Source: an uncultured Candidatus Midichloriaceae bacterium
Lineage (GTDB): Bacteria; Pseudomonadota; Alphaproteobacteria; Rickettsiales; Midichloriaceae
Assembly (NCBI GenBank): GCA_964625465.1
Contig: CAZVFD010000007.1
Location: 1,347-65,346 of the forward strand
DNA length: 64,000 bases
Direction of reading: 5' to 3'
A program made the translations under genes and the position numbers. The notes under the pieces are model-generated. The model was not told the origin of the DNA. It made no database searches and saw only the letters and a list, made by a program, of their open reading frames with translations. This document shows positions 10,143 through 22,418 of this stretch, one piece after another (positions within the stretch are counted from its first letter, which is position 1; each line of letters begins with the position of its first letter).

Positions 10143-11021
10143 TCAATGACGATGAAGTTTGGCTTTTTCTTCTGGCTCCACATGGATATTAATTTCAGAG
10201 TGCTCAAACTTTTTTGCTATAGCTTCTTCAATTCTATCACATATTTTATGCGCGTCTCCCACGGTCATTTTGCGCGGCACCACTAAATGAAAATCTATAA
10301 ATAGTACCCACCCTGCTCTTCTTACCTTAAGATCATGAGACTCAATTGACCCTTTTGAGTTTTTATGAATAATTTTTTCAATTTCTTCAAGCTCATGTTT
10401 TATTGGCGCTGCATCCATTAACCCGTCCACAGATTCTTTCACTAACTTCCAACCCGACCATAATATGTTTACCGCAACACAGGCGGCCAACAATGGATCT
10501 AAAATCATCCAGTCAGTTACAACTGCCAGCAAGACTCCTAAAGCCACGCCAATAGATGAGAGGAAATCGCTATAAATATGCTCTCCATCAGCTTTGATTG
10601 CGGGAGACCTATATTTTTTACCATATCTAATTAGTATAATCGCCCAAACTCCATTTATTACTGTAGCAAAACCGTTTACTAACAATCCAAGAAATGGAAT
10701 TTCAATAATTCTTGGTACAAACAAAGCATGATATGCCTCATGAAATATAATTAGTGCCGTGCCAATAATAAACAGCCCCTCCACAATAGCTGATAGATAT
10801 TCAGCTTTATAATGGCCATATTGATGCCTGCTATCCGCAGGTTTTGCGCTGTAATAAACAGCTAGTATAACTGCAAGAGCAGCCACAATGTTTACGATAC
10901 TTTCAAGGGCATCTGAATACAGAGCTATACTTCCTGTTAGTATGTAGGCAAAGTATTTTATTATTAATACGACAACACCTACAAAAAAGCTTCCGATGGC
11001 AAGTTTGATGGGCTTATTCAT
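10143..11021 (-). CDS. cation diffusion facilitator (CDF) family metal efflux transporter
   Basis: 292 aa with six TM segments and CDF-like motifs (SIALYSDALESIVN, HYKAEYLSA), followed by a C-terminal cytoplasmic domain. Confidence 0.8.
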   Translation of the reverse strand: MNKPIKLAIGSFFVGVVVLIIKYFAYILTGSIALYSDALESIVNIVAALAVILAVYYSAKPADSRHQYGHYKAEYLSAIVEGLFIIGTALIIFHEAYHALFVPRIIEIPFLGLLVNGFATVINGVWAIILIRYGKKYRSPAIKADGEHIYSDFLSSIGVALGVLLAVVTDWMILDPLLAACVAVNILWSGWKLVKESVDGLMDAAPIKHELEEIEKIIHKNSKGSIESHDLKVRRAGWVLFIDFHLVVPRKMTVGDAHKICDRIEEAIAKKFEHSEINIHVEPEEKAKLHRH

Positions 11022-13906
11022 TTTTTAGCTTCCTTCTCAGCCGAATTTATAACTTCAATAATCTGGTTCACAGTCTGTTTAATCAAATCTATCGTCTGCT
11101 GTGTTTCTAGTTTTCTTACCTTGATGGTCTCCCAACTTTTAGCAATTGTATTTAATATTCTAGTATTCCTCTCCCCATCTGGCATACGCTTATAAAAATC
11201 TTTTATTAAATCATCTAGTAAATTGAACTCGCTTGTAATTAAATATGAGATGGCTAGTTTTAAAACCTTATCTGAATCTTTATCTTGAAGGAAACCCTCT
11301 CCTTCTCTAATTGAATATATTCTTGGCTCGACATAATCATTAAATTCTTTCCACTTTTTCTGTCTCCAGTAAATCATGGCTTTAATATCATCAGCATCTT
11401 GTGATAGATCACCTTTCAATAACTTTAATGCTTCATCATCCTGCCTGTTATAGTGCAGAGCTTCTGCATGTAGATATTTCCTTTCATCCACTAACTCATT
11501 TGGCAGTTCGGAATAATCGTCACCAGAATTTATTGCCATGAGTGCATTAACTGGCTCTCTATTATTTAAATAAACTCTTGCTAACTTATTAATAGCCCTT
11601 TCTTTTTTCTCTCCCTTTAATCTATTAGTTACTTGGTGCTGTAATATAGCTGCGGCTCGATCCAAAAGGTCTAGCGCTAAAAGATGATCAACAAACCGCA
11701 ACACCGTTTCATCGCCAACTTCACCAATTGGTACTAAGTGTTCAAATTCATAGAATAATGATAGCGCCTTAAGATGGGTAACTTGTTCGTCTTTACCTTC
11801 TAAGAAAAACTTAACAAAGGTGTCCCCCATTTTTCTACCAAGCTTTAAAGAATCTGGTGAAAAAGGGTAAAATTTGACTATTGTATCCCAACTTCTCAAA
11901 GCATGTGTATATTCTTTCATTTCTAGATAGGCATCACCAAGATTAGTTAAAATATCTACTTCTAACTGGTCACCCCTCCAAACTACAGCAATTTTTTCCA
12001 GCTCTTCAGTGTATTCAACAAAATTCATTCTTTGAGTTAATTGCTTAAATTTTGCTTGTTCAAATCTACATTCACTTCTGTGCAACAAATCCTCATAATC
12101 AGATACGCACTTATCCCAATGAACCAATGCTTTATCTGGTGAATCCATAGCTGCATATAGTTTTGCTGCCAATGCATTAACTCTATTCATCTCGTGTCTT
12201 GGGATCTTTAGATTTAGCAAATCCTTTACTACAATTTGTGCCTCGTGAAACTGCTTATCTTCTATTTTTTCATTGGCTATAGTTATACCTACTTCCATCA
12301 TAAAAGGAGTTGTATATTCAGTTAAGAAGCTACCTTCACGCTCTGAGTACATACTCATAGGGTCTATCTTATTCATGTAATCTTCTGAACCCGTTACCAT
12401 AAAACTGGTAATTGATTGCCAAAACCTTACTTCTTTCCTCAATGACAGTGGAACTTCTAAAATCTGGATTGAGCGCGCAACGTTGTATGCAGTGATATAC
12501 TCATAATCCATGTAATTCATGGCAGCTTCTATTAATTTAACGTTATATGAGTTACCAAACGTTGGATCTTCTCTTTTTATCAACTTGATTATACTTAAAC
12601 CTTCTGTATAGAACCCATTAGCGAGGTAAAACAACGCCCAATTTGCATATATCCTAGCTTTCTGCTCCGAGCTTTTTGCCGCAATCAGCGTTTTGCGAAG
12701 CATATTAACTTTATTTAAAAACTGATCATCTACAACTTCATAGCTTTTAAGACTTAGAATACTTTGGAAATCTTCAACAAAATCGTCCATTTTGAAGCCA
12801 TATTTAGCGTCTTCAAATTTAGCTTCATGCTTTTTATAAACCCGCGGGGCAATATTCAGTCCAGCAGCTCCTGATATTTGGCAAATCTTATTGTTCTTTT
12901 TAATTTTAACTATATCTGATACTGGCTTTATTACCGCACCTTGAATTGACTTTAGAATGCGAAAATCAACAAATGTGAATTTGTCATTTATTGCCACCGC
13001 GCTATCTACAACTGGGAAGGCAATCAACTCATCGCCAACATGATTATCAATGAACCTTATTGGCTCCCTAGCTTCTTCATCGAATTCAATATCTACCCTA
13101 GGGTGCGGAGCAGCTAAAGGACGTGACACAACCCTAATATCTTTTGCTTTTATAGACTTATTAGAAATCTCCAAATTCCATTCATATCCAGTCCTATACA
13201 TAATGGCAGTTGGCAAAGAACCCTTATCTTCATTTAACAGCATAGAAAAAATTATGTACTTAGGATCACTATTTTCCTTTTTGAAATCACTAAACCATTT
13301 ACCTTTCAAATCTGTGGTTTTAATTTTCGATCCCTTATCAAAAACCACCCATAATCTTTTATCCCTAATAAATGATGAGGCTGCTACGTCTTCAGGCCAT
13401 TTGAAAGTGACAATAGTTTTTTCGGATTCTTCTATTACATTCACATCCAATATCTCAGAGTCAGAATGCTCATGTTTGGTTTTTTCTTTTGCTTCATTTT
13501 GAGCCTTATTAATCTCTTTTTCAGGCAATCTTTGCTCGTTGAGTAAAACTATATCTATACCGGTTTTATCAACTATTTTAAATTTTCTTATTTTGAACTT
13601 ACCATCTGGCAATGTCAAAGTAAGTCGTGATTTTTGAATATCGACATCTGAAACATATTCTTTAAACTTAGTAATATCACTCAAATCACCAAACTTTGTA
13701 TCAGCTTGAAACCTTATACTTAGAATTTTATCAGCATGATTAAAGGTAAAATTGTTTTTATCCCCAATAAACATAATTCTAAGTGAGCCCTCTCTTTTTA
13801 GAACCTCCACCTTAACTTTATCACTTTTTGCATGCGAAACACTTGGTAGAACGCCAAGACCTACCATAATCAGAAGTACAATATATTGAATAAACTTCTT
13901 GTTCAC
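11018..13906 (-). CDS. large secreted protein with TPR-like helical repeats, function unknown
   Basis: 962-aa ORF with a signal-peptide-like N-terminus (LLIMVGLGVLPSVSHA). The N-terminal half is beta-rich and the C-terminal half has long helical repeats. Its stop overlaps the CDF gene start by 4 nt. Confidence 0.5.
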   Translation of the reverse strand: MNKKFIQYIVLLIMVGLGVLPSVSHAKSDKVKVEVLKREGSLRIMFIGDKNNFTFNHADKILSIRFQADTKFGDLSDITKFKEYVSDVDIQKSRLTLTLPDGKFKIRKFKIVDKTGIDIVLLNEQRLPEKEINKAQNEAKEKTKHEHSDSEILDVNVIEESEKTIVTFKWPEDVAASSFIRDKRLWVVFDKGSKIKTTDLKGKWFSDFKKENSDPKYIIFSMLLNEDKGSLPTAIMYRTGYEWNLEISNKSIKAKDIRVVSRPLAAPHPRVDIEFDEEAREPIRFIDNHVGDELIAFPVVDSAVAINDKFTFVDFRILKSIQGAVIKPVSDIVKIKKNNKICQISGAAGLNIAPRVYKKHEAKFEDAKYGFKMDDFVEDFQSILSLKSYEVVDDQFLNKVNMLRKTLIAAKSSEQKARIYANWALFYLANGFYTEGLSIIKLIKREDPTFGNSYNVKLIEAAMNYMDYEYITAYNVARSIQILEVPLSLRKEVRFWQSITSFMVTGSEDYMNKIDPMSMYSEREGSFLTEYTTPFMMEVGITIANEKIEDKQFHEAQIVVKDLLNLKIPRHEMNRVNALAAKLYAAMDSPDKALVHWDKCVSDYEDLLHRSECRFEQAKFKQLTQRMNFVEYTEELEKIAVVWRGDQLEVDILTNLGDAYLEMKEYTHALRSWDTIVKFYPFSPDSLKLGRKMGDTFVKFFLEGKDEQVTHLKALSLFYEFEHLVPIGEVGDETVLRFVDHLLALDLLDRAAAILQHQVTNRLKGEKKERAINKLARVYLNNREPVNALMAINSGDDYSELPNELVDERKYLHAEALHYNRQDDEALKLLKGDLSQDADDIKAMIYWRQKKWKEFNDYVEPRIYSIREGEGFLQDKDSDKVLKLAISYLITSEFNLLDDLIKDFYKRMPDGERNTRILNTIAKSWETIKVRKLETQQTIDLIKQTVNQIIEVINSAEKEAKK

Positions 13907-13982
13907 TTACATAAATTCTATTTAGGACAGATAAACGGTAGCAAACTTTTCAATAGAGATAAATACATTAATGATTTTATGC

Positions 13983-14795
13983 TTAAAATTTTTGTGTATT
14001 AGGTACAGCAGTATTCTCCCCTGTAATAGGGTGTATATTTCTCCCCCTGGTTAAAGCATATGGTTTAAGGCTTTCTTTGCGCTTAAAGGTCCAGTTAAAG
14101 ACCGATTCACCACTTGTTTCCGAGAAAGCATATTGCTTAAGTACTTTCTTGAATTGCTCATCGCTTAAAAAATCTTTTTCTAGCTTATATGTGTATTGAA
14201 CTTCAACTTCTTTCGGATCAAATTTTTTGACAACTGCCTTGCCTTTGCATGCTGTATAATACTTGCCATCTATAGCATCTCTAACCTCTTTCGGAAGAAG
14301 CGGATTCATGATGCAGTATTCCGTTGCATTCAAATACATTAGTACTTTCACTGCAGATTTCTTATTCGCCTCAAAAACGTACATATACTCTTTATGCTCA
14401 CCTGGGCTATCCATTGGCTCTTTACGAGTGATGCCGAAAAAGTTTGTCTTCTTTTCAAATGGGTATACGACTTCATGGCTAATACCCCATTCTTCTTGCT
14501 TGTATATGATCTTGCCATCCATATCGGCAATGAACAATGCACCTGCTTTTGACTTTTCCCTAAAGATGAGGAATTTATTTTTTTCTACCGAGATCTCGTC
14601 TATTTGGATGCTATCAGAGTAGTTTTGCAGCTTATTATTTATAACTTTTTCATAAACATTAAAGTCAACAACGCCTTTTTTACTTTCATTCATTGCTGCA
14701 ACAAAGGCTCTGTTTAAAATAATATCAGATGATGGTTGCGCAGCATTTGCAGTTGCAACAAACAGCAACAGTAATAGACAAACTAATCTACTCAT
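13983..14795 (-). CDS. secreted hypothetical protein
   Basis: 270-aa ORF with a signal peptide ([12 protein letters not shown]). Its start overlaps the secA stop by 4 nt, which suggests co-transcription. Confidence 0.5.
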   Translation of the reverse strand: MSRLVCLLLLLFVATANAAQPSSDIILNRAFVAAMNESKKGVVDFNVYEKVINNKLQNYSDSIQIDEISVEKNKFLIFREKSKAGALFIADMDGKIIYKQEEWGISHEVVYPFEKKTNFFGITRKEPMDSPGEHKEYMYVFEANKKSAVKVLMYLNATEYCIMNPLLPKEVRDAIDGKYYTACKGKAVVKKFDPKEVEVQYTYKLEKDFLSDEQFKKVLKQYAFSETSGESVFNWTFKRKESLKPYALTRGRNIHPITGENTAVPNTQKF

Positions 14796-17479
14796 ATAGC
14801 ACCATGGCAGTGTTTATACTTCTTGCCAGAACCACAAGGACACAAATCATTACGCGCTACTTTACCCCAAGTAGACGGATCTCTAGGATCTCTATCTTCA
14901 GGATTGACGTGATTTTTCAATGTTCCACCATGATGATCTTGCGCAGCATTGTCTTGGTCTCCCGCAGATGGATCTTTCCTAGTTTCAAATGCTCCAGCAA
15001 GATTGTCTTTTTGCACAGATGGTATTTCGTGCGAAATCTGTATATGGAATAATCTCGCAACAGTCATTTCGGCGATATCATCAAGTAGCTTTTCAAACAA
15101 GTTAAATGACTCAATCTTGTATTCGTTCAATGGGTCTTTCTGCGCATATGCCCTTAATCCAATACCAGTACGCAAATGATCTAAAACATGTAAATGCTCT
15201 TTCCATAACTGATCTAAAGTTACCAACATTACTTGCTTTTCAGCCATACTCATGGCTTCTTCGCCAAATTCCGAAATCTTCGACTGGTAATGCTCTTTCA
15301 TTTGTTTGAGTATTAATTCTAAGATTTCCTCATTAGCAACACCCTCTTTCTGAGAAAGAGATCTAACATCGACGTTAATTGAAAATGTTTTAAATATATC
15401 TTTTTCAAGACCATCTACATTCCACTGCTCAGGTAAAGAATTAATAGGGATATTTCTTGCAATATCTTCTTCAGCTATTCTCTCCGCCATTGAAATCAGG
15501 TCTTCTCTTAGGTCTTCAGTTTTCATTAGATATCTTCTCTGATCATAAATAACCTTACGTTGATCATTCATTACATCATCGAATCTAAGAAGTGTCTTTC
15601 TTATATCATAATTTCTTGCTTCAACTTTACTTTGCGCCTTTTCTAATGATTTACTAATCCAAGGATGAACAATCGCTTCACCTTCTTTAACGCCAAGTTT
15701 TGACAATAAATTTTTAATTTTATCAGAGCCGAATATTCTCATTAAATCGTCTTCTAGGGATAAGAAAAACTTTGTTCTTCCTGGATCACCTTGACGTCCT
15801 GAACGACCTCTTAGCTGATTATCAATTCTTCGCGATTCATGACGCTCTGTACCTAAAACAAAAAGCCCGCCAGCAGCAAGAACCTTTTCTTTTTCGCTTT
15901 CTACAAGAGCCTTGGCTGACTCAATATCCAAACTCTTATCAGCTAGAATCATCATTTCAGGGTTCCCCCCAAGCTTGATGTCAGTACCGCGACCTGCCAT
16001 ATTGGTCGCAATTGTGACCGCCCCTAGACGCCCAGCTTGCGCAATAATCTCGGCTTCTTTTGCATGATATCTTGCATTTAAAACGTTATGCTTGATTCCT
16101 TTTTTATTTAGTAATGAGGATATAAGCTCTGATTTCTCGATGCTTACCGTTCCAACCAATATCGGCTGACCTTTTTTATGTGCTGCTTGTATCTCATCTA
16201 AAATTGCATCATATTTCTCATTCACAGACAGATAAATTGAGTCGTCTTCATCAATACGTTTTACAGTCACATGCGTCGGAATCGACACCGATTCTAACTT
16301 ATAAATATCGCTAAATTCCGCAGCTTCGGTCATAGCTGTACCAGTCATTCCCGCCAACTTAGGGTACATACGGAAATAATTTTGGAATGTCACTGACGCT
16401 AAAGTTTGATTCTCATTCTGAATGGCGACTTTTTCTTTCGCTTCTAGAGCTTGATGCAGACCTTCTGAATAGCGTCTGCCTTCCATGATCCTTCCTGTAA
16501 ACTCATCAATGATATATATTTTTCCATCCTTCACAATATAATCGACATCTTTGCTAAACAAATGGTGTGCACGTAATGCTTGGTTCACATGGTGTACAAC
16601 TGACATATTCTCAAAGTCGTACAACCCAGTTTCTTCTGAAATAATCTTGTTATTTTTCAACATAGACTCTATTTCAATATGCCCAGCTTCTGTCAGAATT
16701 GCCGACCTATTCTTTTCATCAACTTCATAATGCTCTTTAGAAAGCTGAGGGATAACTTTGTTCACCTTTACATAAAGATCGGTATTATCTTCAGTTGGCC
16801 CTGAAATTATCAATGGCGTACGCGCCTCATCAATTAAGATACTATCAACTTCATCAACGATAGCGAAATTGAATTCACGCTGTACCATATTCTCAATTCT
16901 ATACTTCAGATTATCTCTCAGATAATCAAAGCCAAATTCATTGTTCGTTCCGTATGTTATATCAGCTTGATATGCAGCCTTTCTAGTTAGCTCATCAATA
17001 TCATTAGTAACACACCCTATTGTGAGACCTAAGAATTTATAGACAGCACCCATCCATTCAGCGTCACGTTTTACTAAATAATCATTCACTGTTACGAGGT
17101 GTACACCCTTCCCTGTTAGAGCATTTAAGTATATTGGCAGTGTGGCAACTAATGTCTTTCCTTCGCCAGTTTTCATTTCAGATATCATTCCTCTATGAAG
17201 TATCACACCACCTATTAACTGAACGTCGAAGTGTCTCATTCCAAGAGTTCTTTTTGAAGCCTCTCTTACAACAGCAAAGGCCTCTGGCAATAAGTCATCC
17301 AAAGTAGCACCTGCTGCTAATTTGTCCTTAAATTCTTGGGTTTTATTCCTAAGATCGGAGTCTGACAATTTCTCTAAAATTGGCTCAAAATCGTTAATTT
17401 GCTGCACGATAGGCAGTATTGCATTGATTATTCTATCATTAGAACTTCCAAATATCTTCTTAGCTAAATATGCAAACAT
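14792..17479 (-). CDS. secA: preprotein translocase ATPase SecA
   Basis: 895 aa with Walker A MKTGEGKT, the DEAD-like motif [13 protein letters not shown], and the C-terminal zinc motif [14 protein letters not shown]. Confidence 0.97.
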   Translation of the reverse strand: MFAYLAKKIFGSSNDRIINAILPIVQQINDFEPILEKLSDSDLRNKTQEFKDKLAAGATLDDLLPEAFAVVREASKRTLGMRHFDVQLIGGVILHRGMISEMKTGEGKTLVATLPIYLNALTGKGVHLVTVNDYLVKRDAEWMGAVYKFLGLTIGCVTNDIDELTRKAAYQADITYGTNNEFGFDYLRDNLKYRIENMVQREFNFAIVDEVDSILIDEARTPLIISGPTEDNTDLYVKVNKVIPQLSKEHYEVDEKNRSAILTEAGHIEIESMLKNNKIISEETGLYDFENMSVVHHVNQALRAHHLFSKDVDYIVKDGKIYIIDEFTGRIMEGRRYSEGLHQALEAKEKVAIQNENQTLASVTFQNYFRMYPKLAGMTGTAMTEAAEFSDIYKLESVSIPTHVTVKRIDEDDSIYLSVNEKYDAILDEIQAAHKKGQPILVGTVSIEKSELISSLLNKKGIKHNVLNARYHAKEAEIIAQAGRLGAVTIATNMAGRGTDIKLGGNPEMMILADKSLDIESAKALVESEKEKVLAAGGLFVLGTERHESRRIDNQLRGRSGRQGDPGRTKFFLSLEDDLMRIFGSDKIKNLLSKLGVKEGEAIVHPWISKSLEKAQSKVEARNYDIRKTLLRFDDVMNDQRKVIYDQRRYLMKTEDLREDLISMAERIAEEDIARNIPINSLPEQWNVDGLEKDIFKTFSINVDVRSLSQKEGVANEEILELILKQMKEHYQSKISEFGEEAMSMAEKQVMLVTLDQLWKEHLHVLDHLRTGIGLRAYAQKDPLNEYKIESFNLFEKLLDDIAEMTVARLFHIQISHEIPSVQKDNLAGAFETRKDPSAGDQDNAAQDHHGGTLKNHVNPEDRDPRDPSTWGKVARNDLCPCGSGKKYKHCHGAI

Positions 17480-17544
17480 TACTTAAAACTCTATATTCTA
17501 TGAGCTATTGGTTTATCCGATATTTATGCTCTCAGCAAGTGTTT

Positions 17545-18657
17545 TTAGAACTTGAAAAGCGACACTATATCTTTAATCGTTACATATATCATCAATGCAA
17601 CTAGCATAGTTAAACCTATTCTAAACCCTATCATTTGGATTTTTTCACTAACAGGCTTTCCTTTCACGGCTTCAATTGCATAATACATTAAGTGTCCGCC
17701 ATCTAGCATTGGAATTGGAAACAGGTTTACCAAACCAAGGTTTATTGATATCAGCGCAATAAAAAATAAAACCCCATTTATGCCTGATTCAGCAGATTGC
17801 CCAGAATATTTAGCAATTTTTATAGGTCCACCCAAGTCATCGGTACTTCGTGCCCCCGTAAGCATCTGCCAAACACCCTGCAACATGCTTACTGATATGT
17901 TATATGAATCTTGCACAGCTTCTACAACTGCCATCCCAAAAGTTAGCTCTTCGTTCAAAAACTTGTTGGATGTAATGCCTAGCATAGGCATTTTAATTTC
18001 ATTACCAAAGATGTCTTTAGTAACCTTAACTTCAGGAGTTAGATCAAACTCTAACTCTTCATTTCCACGAGCTACTACCACATGCATTTGCTCGCCAACA
18101 TTCAAAGCCAAAATTTGCCTAATTTCTTCAAATGTTTCAACATCTTCATTATCAATTTTCTTTATTAGGTCACCAGCTTTCAAACCTGCCTTTTCAGCGA
18201 CACCGTCTTTAACAACGGCTGTAATTTCAGGTGCGATATAGGCTTTGCCATACACACTAAACATTGTCGCTAAAATTACTATTGCCAAAGCATAATTAGC
18301 AGCTGGCCCAGCAAATACTATTAGCGCTTTTTGCCATATTTTTTTAAAATAAAACGACTGTGTTTTCTCTTTTTTTGTAAGCTTTTTAAGTTTATCAAAG
18401 TCAGGGGAACTTGATGGATCAGAATCACCAAACATTTTTACATATCCGCCCATTGGAATTGCTGCAATTTTCCAGCGCGTACCGTGCGGATCTGTCCAGC
18501 CAACCAATTCAGTACCAAAACCAATCGAGAAAATTTCTACTTTTACACCATTCAGTCGTGCCACTATATAATGGCCAAACTCATGAACAAACACAACAAC
18601 GGTAATAACTACCAAAAACCAAAAAACACTCATTAAGCCAGACAAAAACGGATCCAT
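17545..18657 (-). CDS. rseP: RIP metalloprotease RseP (site-2 protease, M50)
   Basis: 370 aa with the HEFGHY zinc motif in the first TM region, a central PDZ-like domain, and a C-terminal NLFPIPMLDGGH motif. Confidence 0.9.
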   Translation of the reverse strand: MDPFLSGLMSVFWFLVVITVVVFVHEFGHYIVARLNGVKVEIFSIGFGTELVGWTDPHGTRWKIAAIPMGGYVKMFGDSDPSSSPDFDKLKKLTKKEKTQSFYFKKIWQKALIVFAGPAANYALAIVILATMFSVYGKAYIAPEITAVVKDGVAEKAGLKAGDLIKKIDNEDVETFEEIRQILALNVGEQMHVVVARGNEELEFDLTPEVKVTKDIFGNEIKMPMLGITSNKFLNEELTFGMAVVEAVQDSYNISVSMLQGVWQMLTGARSTDDLGGPIKIAKYSGQSAESGINGVLFFIALISINLGLVNLFPIPMLDGGHLMYYAIEAVKGKPVSEKIQMIGFRIGLTMLVALMIYVTIKDIVSLFKF

Positions 18658-18738
18658 AAATCTAATATTCAGAATTCTATTAAGATTAATATATTGATTA
18701 TTGCACCAATTACTAGGGGTATTTGAATAAAAACAGCA

Positions 18739-18816
18739 TGGCGCATTCGGAGGGATTCGAACCCATCAGCCTTTGCCTCCGGAGGGCAACGCTCTATCCA
18801 GTTGAGCTACGAATGC
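18739..18816 (-). tRNA. tRNA-Arg (anticodon CCG), CCA encoded
   Basis: The reverse complement reads GCATTCG TA GCTC AACTGGATA GAGC G TTGCC CTCCGGA GGCAA AGGCT GA(T)GGG TTCGAAT CCCTC CGAATGC G CCA. The acceptor stem is a perfect 7 bp, and the D and anticodon stems are also perfect. The T stem has one extra (bulged) T. Confidence 0.85.
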
Positions 18817-18840
18817 GTAGAACACGGATTACACTATAAA

Positions 18841-19317
18841 TTATTTATACTCAATAGCTAATATTTCATAATAACGATGTCCCTTCGGCGTAGTGACCTC
18901 AACAGAAGCACCAACTTTTTTCCCCATCATTGCTTTTGCCACAGGGGAAGCATGTGATATATGGCCTCTTTCAAGGTCAGCTTCGAAATCACTAACGATC
19001 TTATATTCTATCTTCACCTCAGTTTCTTCATCTACAATTTTTACAGTTGCTCCAAACTGGACGTAATCACTTTCAATTGTAGAAATATCAATAATATGGG
19101 CTCTACCAAGCTTTGCTTGCAAATCATTTATCTTTGCTTCTATGAACCCTTGCTTTTCCTTAGCAGCACTATATTCCGCATTTTCAGATAAATCACCATG
19201 AGCACGAGCTTCAGCAATTGCTTTGATAATTGCTGGCCTTTCAACAGTTTTAAAATGATGAAGCTCTTTTTCCAGCCTTTTATGGCCTTCTGGTGTGATT
19301 GGAAATCTTGCTGACAT
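18841..19317 (-). CDS. greA: transcription elongation factor GreA
   Basis: 158 aa. The sequence MSARFPITPEGHKRLEKELHHFK...GDLSENAEYSAAKEKQ is typical of GreA. Confidence 0.95.
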   Translation of the reverse strand: MSARFPITPEGHKRLEKELHHFKTVERPAIIKAIAEARAHGDLSENAEYSAAKEKQGFIEAKINDLQAKLGRAHIIDISTIESDYVQFGATVKIVDEETEVKIEYKIVSDFEADLERGHISHASPVAKAMMGKKVGASVEVTTPKGHRYYEILAIEYK

Positions 19318-19413
19318 AGAGGTCTCCCTATTTTTTGCGTTGATTATCGTACACTATATTCGCAATTTTTGCAAATAGATAGAAATCTAAAGCCTAGCTA
19401 TTGATAATTAACA

Positions 19414-21990
19414 CTAAAGAGAAATCAGTCCTTTCACTTTTGCTAAAGCTGTGTCTACACCTTTTATATCAGTGCCGCCGGCTTGTGCAAATTCTGGTCT
19501 ACCACCTCCGCTACCGCCAACCTCTTTAGCAGCTTCTTTGATAATTTCGCCAGCTTTTAATTTACCAGTTAAATCATTTGTCACGAACACTACTAGAGAA
19601 ACTTTATCTTCATAAACAGAAGATAATGCTATAACACCGCTTTTGATTTTATTGCGAAGGGCATCAACCACACCTTTTAATTCCGATGGTGGAATTCCTT
19701 CGAGTTTTTTACATAGGAATTCTACACTTCCAACCATCTCTGGCTTTACATCATTCGATAAAATGCTTTTCAATCTGAAGTCACTTAGGTCTTTTTCCAA
19801 TCTCTTCTTTTCATCTTGAATTGCAGTAATACGCGTAAGTAAATCGGCTTCCGCGCATTTGAAAATTGCCGCTGCTTTTTTCAGATTCAATTCTTTTGAA
19901 TTCACATAATCCAATGCGGCAATACCTGTTAAAGCTTCAATACGTCTAATTCCAGATGCAATTGCTTCTTCAGAAACAATTTTAAATAGACCAATATCAC
20001 CAGTAGCACTTACGTGGGTACCACCACATAATTCAAGTGAATCGCCCATAGAAACCACGCGAACTTCAGCGCCATACTTCTCACCGAATAATGCCATAGC
20101 ACCAGCTTCAATCGCTTGCTCAGGTGTTTTAATATCGGTATTAACTTTATTGTTAGTTATGACCATATTATTGACCTTTATTTCTACTTCTGAAACTTCT
20201 TCAGGTGTTAGTGCTCTCTGATGAGCAAAGTCAAAGCGGAGTCTTTCTGGCGCAACTAGTGAACCTTTTTGCACAACAGTTTCGCCAAGAGTATCGCGAA
20301 GTGCTTTATGTAATAAGTGCGTTGCTGAGTGATTTGCTCGAATTTTATTTCTGCGTGCACTATCTACATTTAAGTGGACAGTTTGACCAACTTTTATCTC
20401 ACCATTTACTTTTGTCTGATGTCCAAAAATTGTGCCAGCATATTTCTTTGTATCGGTCACTTCAGAATTTTCTATCATTCCTGTGTCACCCATCTGCCCG
20501 CCAGACTCTCCATAAAATGGAGTCTGGTTAAGTATAATAATTGCTTCGGCATTTTTAACCGAATCAACTCTATTACCATCTTTGATAATTGCTTTAACAA
20601 TTGCTTCGCTGCTTTCAACGTTATAGCCAAGGAACTCTGTCGCACCTACATCTTCGTAAACTTGGAACCAAATTTCATCAGTTGCTTTTTCTCCTGAACC
20701 AACCCAAGCAGCGCGAGCTCTCTTTTTCTGCTCTTGCATTTCTGAGTCGAAGGTTTTTTGATCAACGGTTATTTCACGAGCACGTAAAATGTCGCAAGTT
20801 AAATCTAAAGGGAAGCCGTAGGTATCATATAATTTGAATGCTGTTTTACCATCAAACACACTTCCAGCTTTTAAACCTTCTGATGTTGTACCGAGTAATT
20901 TCATTCCATTATCTATGGTCTGTCTAAATCTTTCTTCTTCAATTTTTAATGTTGAAGTAATTACTGCTTCAGCACGACGTAATTCTGGATAAGTATCGCC
21001 CATCTGACCAATTAATGTTGGCACTAATCTGAATAGAAGTGGTGTTTTACAACCAATCATGTGAGCATGCCTAATGGCACGTCTTAAAATTCTGCGTAAC
21101 ACATAGCCTCTACCTTCGTTTGATGGCATCACCCCATCGGCAATAAGGAAGCAACCTGAACGCAAATGATCAGCAATTACGCGATGTGAAGTTAAATGTT
21201 TGGTATCGCCAGAAATATGCATCGATGCATCAATTATATTTTGGAACAAATCAATTTCGAAGTTATTTAGCTTGCCTTGCAGCACAGAAGAAACACGCTC
21301 TAACCCCATGCCAGTGTCGATTGAAGGCTTAGGCAGATTTATGCGCTTGCCACCTGCTTGATCTTCAAATTGCATGAACACCAAGTTCCAAATTTCAATG
21401 TATCTGTCACCATCACCTTCTGGTGTCCCTGGTAAGCCACCCCAAACTTTATCACCATGATCATAAAAGATTTCTGAGCATGGGCCACATGGGCCAACAT
21501 CACCAGCTGACCAGAAGTTATCGTTTGTTGAAATTTTTATAATTCTATCATCAGATAATCCTGCAACTTTTTTCCAAATTTGCAAGGCTTCATCGTCATT
21601 GTGATAAACGGTTACATAAAGTTTATCTTTATTGATACCAAATTCTTTAGTTAAACAATTCCAAGCCAGTTCAATGGCACGATCTTTAAAATAATCACCA
21701 AATGAGAAATTCCCAAGCATCTCAAAGAATGTATGGTGGCGGGCAGTATAACCAACATTTTCCAAGTCGTTATGTTTTCCGCCAGCACGGACACATTTCT
21801 GAGAAGTTGCAGCGGTTTTATATGGAGGGGTTTCAACGCCTGTAAAATAATTTTTAAACTGCACCATGCCAGCAGCAGTAAACATCAGTGTAGGGTCATT
21901 GTGCGGAACTAACGGGCTTGATGGCACAACTGCGTGACCGTTTTTTTTGAAGAAGTCTAAAAAGGTGCTACGGATTTGATTTACTTGCAT
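19414..21990 (-). CDS. alaS: alanine--tRNA ligase
   Basis: 858 aa with a class II AlaRS N-terminus ([30 protein letters not shown]) and the editing-domain motif HSATHLLH. Confidence 0.95.
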   Translation of the reverse strand: MQVNQIRSTFLDFFKKNGHAVVPSSPLVPHNDPTLMFTAAGMVQFKNYFTGVETPPYKTAATSQKCVRAGGKHNDLENVGYTARHHTFFEMLGNFSFGDYFKDRAIELAWNCLTKEFGINKDKLYVTVYHNDDEALQIWKKVAGLSDDRIIKISTNDNFWSAGDVGPCGPCSEIFYDHGDKVWGGLPGTPEGDGDRYIEIWNLVFMQFEDQAGGKRINLPKPSIDTGMGLERVSSVLQGKLNNFEIDLFQNIIDASMHISGDTKHLTSHRVIADHLRSGCFLIADGVMPSNEGRGYVLRRILRRAIRHAHMIGCKTPLLFRLVPTLIGQMGDTYPELRRAEAVITSTLKIEEERFRQTIDNGMKLLGTTSEGLKAGSVFDGKTAFKLYDTYGFPLDLTCDILRAREITVDQKTFDSEMQEQKKRARAAWVGSGEKATDEIWFQVYEDVGATEFLGYNVESSEAIVKAIIKDGNRVDSVKNAEAIIILNQTPFYGESGGQMGDTGMIENSEVTDTKKYAGTIFGHQTKVNGEIKVGQTVHLNVDSARRNKIRANHSATHLLHKALRDTLGETVVQKGSLVAPERLRFDFAHQRALTPEEVSEVEIKVNNMVITNNKVNTDIKTPEQAIEAGAMALFGEKYGAEVRVVSMGDSLELCGGTHVSATGDIGLFKIVSEEAIASGIRRIEALTGIAALDYVNSKELNLKKAAAIFKCAEADLLTRITAIQDEKKRLEKDLSDFRLKSILSNDVKPEMVGSVEFLCKKLEGIPPSELKGVVDALRNKIKSGVIALSSVYEDKVSLVVFVTNDLTGKLKAGEIIKEAAKEVGGSGGGRPEFAQAGGTDIKGVDTALAKVKGLISL

Positions 21991-22035
21991 GGTTGGAAAC
22001 CTAAATTTTTAAGATAATTTAGATTATTATTACGA

Positions 22036-22332
22036 TTAGTTCAACTCTTCCCTTTCAAGCCTCCTAAAATGCCTTACAACCTCGCTAGGTTCATAGTACG
22101 CCAACTCACACAATGTGACAAAGCTTGGGTTATGTAATCTTACAAATGCCCTAGCCATCCTTTTAAACTTAAAATTACGTTTTTTTGTGGTAGTGGAAAA
22201 AGCATCTGTAAAAAGCTGCATTACTGCGGCTCTCCACAACGCTCTGTATCTTTTAAGCTCATCTTCTGCCCCAGACTTGCTAATCTCATGAATAGGTAAA
22301 TGTTGAAAATTATCTAGCACCGAACACCCCAT
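22036..22332 (-). CDS. hypothetical small basic protein
   Basis: 98-aa ORF immediately upstream of alaS on the same strand. I recognise no family. Confidence 0.35.
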   Translation of the reverse strand: MGCSVLDNFQHLPIHEISKSGAEDELKRYRALWRAAVMQLFTDAFSTTTKKRNFKFKRMARAFVRLHNPSFVTLCELAYYEPSEVVRHFRRLEREELN

Positions 22333-22418
22333 TTAATTGAATTTCAGGGATAATACATCATATTTACCTATTATACAAGTCACTTCTTAACAAAATTGTA
22401 ATATTTCTACCTTTTACA

